Shown here: piece after piece, positions 53,749-61,773 of the stretch
Position numbering within the stretch: the stretch's first letter is position 1
Layout: each line of letters opens with the position of its first letter
Origin: Clostridium sp. CAG:492
GTDB lineage: Bacteria; Bacillota; Clostridia; TANB77; CAG-508
DNA: 64,000 nt
Assembly: GCA_000434335.1 (NCBI GenBank)
Contig: FR878314.1
Location: forward strand, 992-64,991
Direction: 5' to 3'
Translations under genes and position numbers: made by a program
The notes under the pieces: model-generated
Seen by the model: only the letters and a program-made list of their open reading frames with translations
Databases searched by the model: none
Told to the model about the DNA's origin: nothing

Positions 53749-54063
53749 ATGGCAAGAGTAAGAAAAAATAATGCTGAAGACTTTAGAGCAGTTCGTGGAA
53801 TATCAAGAAAACCAGGTATTTAAAATGGTATCACAACAACAATAATAAATCAGCGAAAACAGTTAGAAAGAGCTGAAAAGAGATCCACTGTATTAAAATA
53901 TGCAACTGAATGCTTAAAAAAAGGAGAAGACAAAGAAAAGGTTCGTATAAAATCAAGATTATATGCTATTAAATTAAACATAAATCCAGAGTCTATAACA
54001 GATGCTACAATGGAAATGTTATTAAATAAAATTCAATCACAAAGAGAAAATAAAGAAAGATAA
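53749..54063 (+). pseudogene. 104-codon reading frame interrupted by an in-frame TAA at codon 25 (53821-53823)
   Basis: ATG after GAAGGGGA, 24 codons, TAA, then 79 further sense codons in the same frame with no canonical start. It ends 3 nt before the next gene's ATG. Confidence 0.45.
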
Positions 54064-54066
54064 ATT

Positions 54067-54702
54067 ATGGAAGATGATAAAAATATGAATGAATTGGAAT
54101 TAGAAAAAATTAAAGAAAAAGCATTAGAAAATCACATACCAATAATTATGGATGATACATTAGAAGTAATTGCAAAAATTTTAACTGAAAAGAAACCAAA
54201 AAGAATTTTAGAAATAGGTACAGCTGTAGGATACTCAGCAATGTGTTTTTCAAAATATTTAGCAGAAGATGGATTAATAGATACAATTGAAAGAGATGAA
54301 GAGCGTATAGAAGAAGCTAAACAAAACTTTAAAAAAGTAGAAGTTGAAAACAAAATCAATTTATACGAAGGAGATGCTGTTGAAATTCTTCCAACACTTA
54401 ATGAAAAATATGATGTCGTATTTATTGATGCAGCTAAAGGGAAATATCCATTTTTCTTAAAAGAAGCTCTTAGAATGCTAAACCAAGATGGAATTATATT
54501 TGCAGACAATATATTATATAAAGGATATGTTATGAGTGATTATAATAAGCACAAGCAACGTACTGCAGTTAGAAATTTAAGAGAATATATAAAAGAAACT
54601 ACAGAAAATCCAAATTTAGAAACTGAAATTTTAGAAGTTGGAGATGGCTTAGCAATTAGTAAAATGAAATCTAATACAAAAATAGAATCTAGTATTAACT
54701 AG
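54067..54702 (+). CDS. Class I SAM-dependent O-methyltransferase (family 3, YrrM/TrmR-like)
   Basis: ILEIGTAVGYSA SAM motif and VFIDAAKGKY. Confidence 0.75.
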   Translation: MEDDKNMNELELEKIKEKALENHIPIIMDDTLEVIAKILTEKKPKRILEIGTAVGYSAMCFSKYLAEDGLIDTIERDEERIEEAKQNFKKVEVENKINLYEGDAVEILPTLNEKYDVVFIDAAKGKYPFFLKEALRMLNQDGIIFADNILYKGYVMSDYNKHKQRTAVRNLREYIKETTENPNLETEILEVGDGLAISKMKSNTKIESSIN

Positions 54703-54714
54703 ATTCTATTTTTT
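54682..54714 (+). terminator. Intrinsic terminator overlapping the methyltransferase stop codon
   Basis: 11-bp stem ATAGAATCTAG/CTAGATTCTAT followed by T6. Confidence 0.75.
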
Positions 54715-54818
54715 GTAACATTGAATTTGATTATTAAGATATTTTTTTATATAAAATAGAGAATCATTATTAAAAGCCACAAAAATACCAACTATTTAAC
54801 TAAAAAAACAGATAAATA

Positions 54819-54847
54819 TTGAAAAAATTAATAATGCGTGATATTAT
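54819..54847 (+). promoter_or_regulatory. Promoter TTGAAA-17-TGaTATTAT
   Basis: Read directly from the sequence. About 55 nt upstream of the 84-aa ORF. Confidence 0.45.
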
Positions 54848-54903
54848 AACAATATGTTCGAATGTACACAAACGTCATCTACAATGTAGAGGAGGAATGG
54901 TCA

Positions 54904-55158
54904 ATGAATATATACGAAGTTGGTCATATAACTTTCAAAACTGAACGAGAATGGGTGCAGTTAATGCCACCATATTTTATACTTCGGTTTACATTGAAAC
55001 AAGAAGGACCACATGGAGAGTGGATGGAAATGAATCAATCCACAATTGCCATCGACCAAGAAGGCAATTATGATATTACCTTCCAAACAAAGATGTTCGA
55101 AAAGGAGTTCACAAAATTTATTTTGGAAGAGACTAAAGAGTCTATTTCAAAGTTCTAA
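54904..55158 (+). CDS. Hypothetical 84-aa protein (orphan, atypical codon usage)
   Basis: ATG after GGAGGA. Codons such as TTC, ATC, GAC, ACC, CGA, CGG, GTG and CAG are enriched relative to its neighbours. It has its own promoter and terminator. Confidence 0.5.
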   Translation: MNIYEVGHITFKTEREWVQLMPPYFILRFTLKQEGPHGEWMEMNQSTIAIDQEGNYDITFQTKMFEKEFTKFILEETKESISKF

Positions 55159-55160
55159 CA

Positions 55161-55205
55161 AATCAAGCCAACAGATATATGCCGTATCTGTTGGCTTGAT
55201 TTGTT
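55161..55205 (+). terminator. Strong hairpin terminator
   Basis: Perfect 17-bp stem AATCAAGCCAACAGATA/TATCTGTTGGCTTGATT. Confidence 0.7.
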
Positions 55206-55259
55206 ATATAAAAATGTAAATTAATTTTAGAATAAATTATACAATATTTGAATTTTTTG

Positions 55260-55288
55260 TTGTTAAAAATAAATAATAGATATATAAT
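55260..55288 (+). promoter_or_regulatory. Promoter TTGTTA-17-TATAAT of the V-type ATPase operon
   Basis: Read directly from the sequence. Confidence 0.5.
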
Positions 55289-55317
55289 AAAGAAAAATTT
55301 TAAGGAGATATTACAAA

Positions 55318-55625
55318 TGAAAGATACAATTGATAAATTAGTTGATATCGACAATCAATCAAGAGCAATAATAAACAAATGTGAAGAAAAAGAAGAAAAT
55401 TTAGATAATTATGTAACAATAGAGCTTGAAAAAAGGAAAGCAGAAATAAATGCGAAATATAAATACAAAATAAATTTTTTGAAATCAGAATGTGACAAAG
55501 ATTTTTCAAATAAAAAAGAAGAAATAGATGAAAACACAAAAAAAGTGATTCAAGACATACAAAATGACTATAATGAAAAAAAAGATGAAAAAATAAACGA
55601 GATGATAGAAAAAATACTTAGATAA
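55318..55625 (+). CDS. Coiled-coil protein, putative V/A-ATPase peripheral-stalk subunit (G/H-like)
   Basis: 102 aa, charged and helical. AAGGAG RBS. It is the first gene of the ATPase operon. Confidence 0.45.
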
Positions 55626-55675
55626 ATTATTAAATAGTAGTATTAGACATTAATAAGACTAGAGAGGTGAAAAAA

Positions 55676-56677
55676 ATGTCAATTTCAGCAATAAAATATC
55701 CGAGTATCAATGCAAAATTAAAAGGAATGTATTCTAAAAGGTTAAAAAATGATGACTTACAAGACTTAGCAAAACAAAATAATTTGAAAAGTGCAGTAGC
55801 AATATTAAAAAATAAAAGTTCAAGTTTAAATGTATTATCAGAAGATGCAGATAGGGAACAAATTGAAAAAGTATTAAATGGTGAAATTATATATGATATA
55901 GAAAAAATTGTAAAATATTTAGATAAAAATGATACGCAAATTTTTAATTTATTAATTTCTAAATATGAAATAAGATGTATAAAAAGAGCCATAAAATTAT
56001 TATATTCAAAAAATGAGTATGATGAAAATATAAAAATTTGGACAAATACAATATTTACAGATTTAAAAGGTCTTGAAAGTATTAAAAGTATTGATGAATT
56101 TTTAAAAATTATTAATAATACAAAATATATAAAAATATTAAAAAAATATTTTGAAAATAAGGATACAGAATATAGTATTTTTGAGATAGAAAATGAACTG
56201 GATAAAATGTATTTAAAAAGCATATATAATTCAGCAGGTAATAATAAAAACTTAAAAAAAATGATAGGAGCAAAAATCGATTTTACAAATATTTTATGGA
56301 TATATAGAATGAAAAAATATTATAATTTTTCAGAAGATAAAATTGAAAAGTCAATAATAGACATAAATTATGCACTTAAAAAAAATCAAATATTGTTATT
56401 GGTAAAAGCTAAAAATATTGAAGAGTTAAATGAAATATTGAAAAGAACGGTTTATTCAAATATTGCAACAGATGATATTTATGAGCTAGAATGCAATATG
56501 AAAAAATATTTATATGGATTATATATAAAAAACTTTAAATCAAATTTATTAAGTATTAACTGTATATATTCATATTTAAATTTAGTAGAGCTTGAAAATA
56601 AAGATATTATAAGTATAATAGAAGCTGTAAGATATGGAATTGATAAAGAAAAGTTACTTAAAAAATTGATAAATTAG
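55676..56677 (+). CDS. ntpC: V-type ATP synthase subunit C (eukaryotic d homologue)
   Basis: About 333 aa. Assignment rests on position in the operon and a helical repeat pattern. Start at the ATG after AGAGAGG. Confidence 0.7.
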   Translation: MSISAIKYPSINAKLKGMYSKRLKNDDLQDLAKQNNLKSAVAILKNKSSSLNVLSEDADREQIEKVLNGEIIYDIEKIVKYLDKNDTQIFNLLISKYEIRCIKRAIKLLYSKNEYDENIKIWTNTIFTDLKGLESIKSIDEFLKIINNTKYIKILKKYFENKDTEYSIFEIENELDKMYLKSIYNSAGNNKNLKKMIGAKIDFTNILWIYRMKKYYNFSEDKIEKSIIDINYALKKNQILLLVKAKNIEELNEILKRTVYSNIATDDIYELECNMKKYLYGLYIKNFKSNLLSINCIYSYLNLVELENKDIISIIEAVRYGIDKEKLLKKLIN

Positions 56678-56731
56678 ATAAAAATAAAATTTAATTTTAT
56701 AATAGATACACTTAGGAGGAATGATAAAAAG

Positions 56732-58621
56732 ATGGCTGTTGAGAAAATGAAGCTCTTAAGTATAACAGGTAAGGATACTGATCTAGAAAAATTTTTGGCC
56801 AAAAATATAATAAATTTAGATATACAAATAGAAGATGCAAAAAAAGTATATAAAAAAGGTTGGAAATTAGAGTATTTTAGCTATGATTATACTGTAAAAG
56901 AGTATATAAAAAAATGTGAAAAAATACTTGATGAGTTACAAATTGAAAAAGATGATGATTATTGGAATTATAATATAATAAACTCAGTAAGTGAAATAAA
57001 AGAAAAAATTGATAATATTAATAACCAATATACTGAGTATATAAACAAAATAGTTGATTTAGAAAAAGAAAATGAATTAATGCAAAAAAATTACGATATT
57101 ATAAAAAATTTAGTTTCTGTGGATTCAAAAATTGAAAATTTATATAATTTAAAGTATATGAAGTTTAGATATGGAACTGTACCAACTAAGAATTTAGAAG
57201 AAATAAATAGAAAAATAGATAATATAGATGCAATATATTTTGAATTAAAAAGAGAAGAAGAATATACATGGATATTATATTTAACTACAGAAGAATTTTT
57301 AGGAAAAGTTGATAGTTTTTTTAATGTACAAGACTTTGAAAGAATTTGGTTACCAAAAGAAGCAAGCGGAACACCAGAGGAATTTATCAATCAAATTGAA
57401 AAAAATATAAAAGAAAATTTGACAAAAATTGATAAAGAAAAAGAAGAATTACGAAATTTAAGAATTGATGCAAAAGAAATATTGATAGGTGCATATAAAC
57501 AATTATTATTATATGAAAATGTTAATATTTTAAAAAAATATATAGTACATGATCAAAATGGAACATTTTATATAGTATTATGGGTGTCTAAAGATAATGT
57601 AGAAAATATAAAATCTATATTGTCAAATTATAAAAATGTAGATTACGACATTTTTGATGATGATGAAGATATACAAGCACCAACAAAACTGAAAAATATA
57701 AAAATATTTAGACCATTTGAAACATTAATAAAAATGTATGGTGTTCCAAATTCAAAAGAAATTGATCCAACTGGACTTGTAGCAATAACTGCATTTATAA
57801 TGTTTGGATTTATGTTTGGAGATGTTGGACATGGATTAGTAATTTTTATATTAGGTTTAATTTTAGCTAAACGAAAAGCATCTTTAGGTCCTGTTCTTGC
57901 AATAGGAGGAATATCTTCTATTATATTTGGTGTTTTATATGGAAGTGTATTTGGAAAAGAAGATATAATAAAACCAATACTAATAAGTCCAATGAATAAC
58001 ATACAAACAATGCTTATATCGGGTATTGCAGTAGGAAGTATATTTATATTAATTGCAATGATCTTTAATATAATAAATGGAATAAAAAATAAAGATTTAC
58101 AAAAATGTTTATTTGATAAAAATGGAATTTCAGGATTTTTATTATATGGATTAATTTTAGCTGATGTAGCAGTATATTTTCTAAAAGGACAAATGTTAAT
58201 TCCTATTAATGTAATTGTAATAGTTTCAATAATATTGATATTATTAATTTTATTTGGAGATACAATTTCATCAAAATTGGAAAAGAAAAAAGAGCAAGCT
58301 AAAACTCCGATGGTAGAAAAAATATTTGAAATTATAGAAATGACACTATCATTTGCAAGTAATACAATATCTTTTTTAAGACTTGCAGCATTTGCAATAA
58401 ACCATGTTGGACTATGTATGGCAGTATACCTATTAGCTGATATGTCATCAGGAGTAGGAAATATAGCAATTGCAATAATAGGAAACATAGTAGTAATTGC
58501 TTTAGAAGGTCTTATAGTAGGAATTCAGGTACTAAGACTAGAATATTACGAACTATTTAGTAGATTCTATGAAGGAAATGGTAGAGAATTTAAATCAATA
58601 AAAAAACAAATACAAGAGTAA
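56732..58621 (+). CDS. ntpI: V-type ATP synthase subunit I (a subunit)
   Basis: 629 aa. Soluble N-terminal half plus a polytopic C-terminal half with a conserved ISFLRLAAFA..H arginine region. Confidence 0.9.
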   Translation: MAVEKMKLLSITGKDTDLEKFLAKNIINLDIQIEDAKKVYKKGWKLEYFSYDYTVKEYIKKCEKILDELQIEKDDDYWNYNIINSVSEIKEKIDNINNQYTEYINKIVDLEKENELMQKNYDIIKNLVSVDSKIENLYNLKYMKFRYGTVPTKNLEEINRKIDNIDAIYFELKREEEYTWILYLTTEEFLGKVDSFFNVQDFERIWLPKEASGTPEEFINQIEKNIKENLTKIDKEKEELRNLRIDAKEILIGAYKQLLLYENVNILKKYIVHDQNGTFYIVLWVSKDNVENIKSILSNYKNVDYDIFDDDEDIQAPTKLKNIKIFRPFETLIKMYGVPNSKEIDPTGLVAITAFIMFGFMFGDVGHGLVIFILGLILAKRKASLGPVLAIGGISSIIFGVLYGSVFGKEDIIKPILISPMNNIQTMLISGIAVGSIFILIAMIFNIINGIKNKDLQKCLFDKNGISGFLLYGLILADVAVYFLKGQMLIPINVIVIVSIILILLILFGDTISSKLEKKKEQAKTPMVEKIFEIIEMTLSFASNTISFLRLAAFAINHVGLCMAVYLLADMSSGVGNIAIAIIGNIVVIALEGLIVGIQVLRLEYYELFSRFYEGNGREFKSIKKQIQE

Positions 58622-58651
58622 AAAATTTTAAAAGAAGGGAACGAGAGAAAA

Positions 58652-59023
58652 ATGAAAAATGTATTTTTAAAAATAACTTTTATAATGGTTTTTTGTCTAG
58701 TAATATGCATAGGAGGTTTTAAAATTTCAAAAGCAGATGAAGTAACAGTAACATCAACAGAAAATACTGTTGCAACAGAAAGTAATTCTTCAAATGAGGA
58801 AAATTCAAAAGATAAAGGAATTGGAATGATAGCAGCAGCATTAGCAGTTGGACTAGCTGCAATTGGATCTGGTATAGCAGTTGCTGTAGTTGCATCAAGT
58901 GCAGTTGGAGCAATAAGCGAAAATCCAAGTTTATTAGGTAAAACAGTTATATTTGCAGGTCTAGCCGAAGGTATTGCGATATATGGTCTTATAATTTCTA
59001 TTATGATTTTAAGTAAAATTTAA
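58652..59023 (+). CDS. ntpK: V/A-type ATP synthase proteolipid (subunit K/c), single-hairpin type with an N-terminal signal-like extension
   Basis: The C-terminal approximately 70 aa form a two-helix hairpin (GLAAIGSGIAVA...ISENPS...GLAEGIAIYGL) with the carboxylate Glu. The N-terminus is MKNVFLKITFIMVFCLVICIGGFKISKA followed by a Ser/Thr/Asn/Glu-rich linker. Confidence 0.8.
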   Translation: MKNVFLKITFIMVFCLVICIGGFKISKADEVTVTSTENTVATESNSSNEENSKDKGIGMIAAALAVGLAAIGSGIAVAVVASSAVGAISENPSLLGKTVIFAGLAEGIAIYGLIISIMILSKI

Positions 59024-59042
59024 AGTAAGAAAGGCAAAAATT

Positions 59043-59276
59043 ATGAAATTATATTGTATTAGTGATGATGTTGATACAGCTGTTGGATTGAAATTAACCG
59101 GAATAAAATCTGTAATTTTAAAAAACAAAGAAGAAATTGAATTAGAAATAGAAAAGGTTGTAAAAGACAAAGAAATTGGAATTTTAATTGTAACAGAAAA
59201 AATATATAATTTAGCAAATGAAAAGTTGGATTATATAAAAAATAATAAAAATTTGCCTTTAATTGTTAAAATTTAA
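59043..59276 (+). CDS. V-type ATP synthase subunit F (short, 77 aa)
   Basis: MKLYCISDDVDTAVGLKLTGI matches the subunit F N-terminal pattern. Confidence 0.65.
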   Translation: MKLYCISDDVDTAVGLKLTGIKSVILKNKEEIELEIEKVVKDKEIGILIVTEKIYNLANEKLDYIKNNKNLPLIVKI

Positions 59277-59295
59277 AATGGAGGATTTTACTTTT

Positions 59296-59847
59296 ATGGA
59301 CTTAGATAATAAGATAAAAAAATTTGAGCAAAGTTGTGAAAGACTTGCTCAAATTGATGCTGAAAAACTTAATGAAAAAATAAATACAGAAATAGAAGAG
59401 CAAATAAATGTAGAGCTAACTGAATATGTAAAAAAGCAAGAGGTTTCATATAAAAAACAGTGTGAAAAAATTGTTAAAGATTATAATAAAGCTTTATTTG
59501 AGTATGAAGTTGAATGTAAAAAAAATGTTCAAAATGTTAAGAATATTATAAAAAAAGAGCTAAAAGAAGAAGTAAAAAGAAAGTTACAAATATTTACTGA
59601 AAAAGAAGAATATTTGCAATATTTGATAAAAACAATAAATGATTCTTTAAGTGTTGTGAATAATGACAGCTCTTCTATAATTTTTGTTACAAATAATGAT
59701 AAACAAAAATATGAAGAAGTTTTAAATAGATATAATATAAAAATAGATGTATTAGATAATGATTTTATAGGTGGTTGTAAATTAAAAAATGATAAATTAG
59801 GTGTTATTATAGATAATACATTAAAAACGAATTTAGATGAAATATAA
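59296..59847 (+). CDS. ntpE: V-type ATP synthase subunit E
   Basis: N-terminal coiled coil plus a C-terminal globular part ending FIGGCKLKNDKLGVIIDNTLKTNLDEI, typical of subunit E. Confidence 0.7.
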   Translation: MDLDNKIKKFEQSCERLAQIDAEKLNEKINTEIEEQINVELTEYVKKQEVSYKKQCEKIVKDYNKALFEYEVECKKNVQNVKNIIKKELKEEVKRKLQIFTEKEEYLQYLIKTINDSLSVVNNDSSSIIFVTNNDKQKYEEVLNRYNIKIDVLDNDFIGGCKLKNDKLGVIIDNTLKTNLDEI

Positions 59848-59883
59848 AATAAAAGCACGTAAGAGAAATGGAGGTGCAATATT

Positions 59884-61653
59884 TTGCAAACTAAGAAAAT
59901 TATTTCAATAAATGGACCTGTTATTTTAGCAAAAGGTGATGGCGACTTTTCTATGCATGATATTGTGTATATTGGTAAAGAGCAAATATTGGGAGATGTA
60001 ATAAAAATTAATAAAGATATTGTTACAATTCAAGTGTATGAAAATACTACAGGACTAAAAATTGGCGAAGATGTAGTTAGTGATGAAAATCCACTTTCTG
60101 TTACATTAGGACCAGGTCTTATGGGAAATATTTTTGATGGAATACAAAGACCACTTGAGGATTTAAGAAAAAAAGATGGAGACTTTTTAAAAAGAGGTAC
60201 AAAATCTTTAGGAATTAGTACTGAAAAAAAATGGCATTTTAGACCAAAAGTTTTAATTGGTGATAAAGTTAGTTTTAATACAATAATTGGTGAAGTTCCA
60301 GAAACCAAATTGATTATTCATAAAATTTTGAATTATTTTGATGGTGATGGTATTGTTGTTGAAATTGCAAATGAAGGAGAATACAAAGTTACTGATACAA
60401 TTGCTAAAATAAAAATTGGTAATAGTGTTGTAGAGCTAACAATGATGCAAAAATGGCCTGTTAGAAAACCTAGACCATATAAAGAGCGTTTAGTTACAAA
60501 TACACCACTTGTTACTGGGCAAAGGGTAATTGATTCTATTTTTCCAATTGCCAAAGGCGGTACTGGTATGATTCCAGGAGGATTTGGTACTGGTAAAACA
60601 ATGCTTCAACATCAATTTGCCAAGTGGAGTAATGCTGATATTATTGTGTATATTGGTTGTGGAGAGCGTGGAAATGAGATGACTGATGTTTTAGAGGAGT
60701 TTCCTCGTTTAATAGATAAGAGAACCGGTATGCCAATGATTGAAAGAACTGTACTTATTGCTAATACTTCTAATATGCCTGTGGCCGCCAGAGAAGCATC
60801 TATTTATACGGGTATTACTATTGCTGAATATTATAGAGATATGGGATTTGATGTTGCTATCATGGCGGATTCAACTTCAAGATGGGCAGAAGCATTAAGG
60901 GAAATTTCTGGTAGACTTGAGGAGATGCCAGCTGAGCAAGGTTTTCCATCTTATTTACCATCTAGACTTTCAGAGTTTTATGGTAGAGCTGGTTTAGTAA
61001 AAAGTTATAGCGGAAAAATGGGATCTGTTACAATTATTGGTGCTGTTTCTCCACAAGGTTCAGATTTTTCAGAACCTGTAACTCAAAATACTAAAAGATT
61101 TGTTCATACCTTTTGGGGATTGGATAGAGATTTAGCATATTCAAGACATTATCCAGCTGTTAATTGGAATATTAGTTATAGTGAATATCTTGATAATTTG
61201 CAAAGCTGGTATGAGGAGAATGTTGATGTAGACTTTTTAGAGTGTAGACAAAAAATTGTTTCAATTTTGGAAGAAGAAAATGAATTATTGGAAATTGCTA
61301 GAGTTGTTGGACAAGATGTTTTGTCTGATAATAAACGATTAGTTTTGGAAGTAGCAAAGGCTATTAGGGTTGGATTTTTGCAACAAAATGCTATGTCTGA
61401 TATTGATAGTCAGGTACCTCTTATTAAGCAATATAAAATGATGCAAACTATTATTTTGTTGTATGAGAGGGCTCTTAAACTTATTGAAAAGAGAATTCCA
61501 CTTTCTGAGATTAAGAAACTTGGATTTTTTGAGGAGTATGTTAAGCTTAAGATGAATGTGGCTAATGATGATCTGGGAAAGTTTAGTGAGCTTAATTCTA
61601 GGATTAAGAATAGGCTTAAGAAGTTAGAAGATGAGTATGTGGAGCATATCTAA
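59884..61653 (+). CDS. ntpA: V-type ATP synthase catalytic subunit A
   Basis: TTG start after GGAGGTG. Walker A PGGFGTGKT, the non-homologous insert region, and [22 protein letters not shown]. Confidence 0.97.
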   Translation: MQTKKIISINGPVILAKGDGDFSMHDIVYIGKEQILGDVIKINKDIVTIQVYENTTGLKIGEDVVSDENPLSVTLGPGLMGNIFDGIQRPLEDLRKKDGDFLKRGTKSLGISTEKKWHFRPKVLIGDKVSFNTIIGEVPETKLIIHKILNYFDGDGIVVEIANEGEYKVTDTIAKIKIGNSVVELTMMQKWPVRKPRPYKERLVTNTPLVTGQRVIDSIFPIAKGGTGMIPGGFGTGKTMLQHQFAKWSNADIIVYIGCGERGNEMTDVLEEFPRLIDKRTGMPMIERTVLIANTSNMPVAAREASIYTGITIAEYYRDMGFDVAIMADSTSRWAEALREISGRLEEMPAEQGFPSYLPSRLSEFYGRAGLVKSYSGKMGSVTIIGAVSPQGSDFSEPVTQNTKRFVHTFWGLDRDLAYSRHYPAVNWNISYSEYLDNLQSWYEENVDVDFLECRQKIVSILEEENELLEIARVVGQDVLSDNKRLVLEVAKAIRVGFLQQNAMSDIDSQVPLIKQYKMMQTIILLYERALKLIEKRIPLSEIKKLGFFEEYVKLKMNVANDDLGKFSELNSRIKNRLKKLEDEYVEHI

Positions 61654-61674
61654 AAATGCCTTCGGCATTTTTTG
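61652..61674 (+). terminator. UUCG-tetraloop hairpin with T-run immediately after ntpA
   Basis: AAAATGCC-TTCG-GGCATTTT followed by TTT. It overlaps the ntpA stop codon. Confidence 0.6.
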
Positions 61675-61773
61675 CTTATGTGTGTGGTGTTGAGGCTTTG
61701 AGCTTTTGGCTCTGGTTGAGAGGAGAAGTTGGTAGGGGGAAGAGTGAATTAGAGAAAGGCTTGGTGCTGGTTT

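Noticed and set aside
53821-53823. In-frame TAA as evidence for stop-codon reassignment (an alternative genetic code).
   Set aside because: TAA terminates many well-defined genes in this window at the expected positions, including groEL, lepA, polA, pnp and ntpA. Global recoding is therefore not tenable. A local nonsense mutation, sequencing error or readthrough is more plausible.
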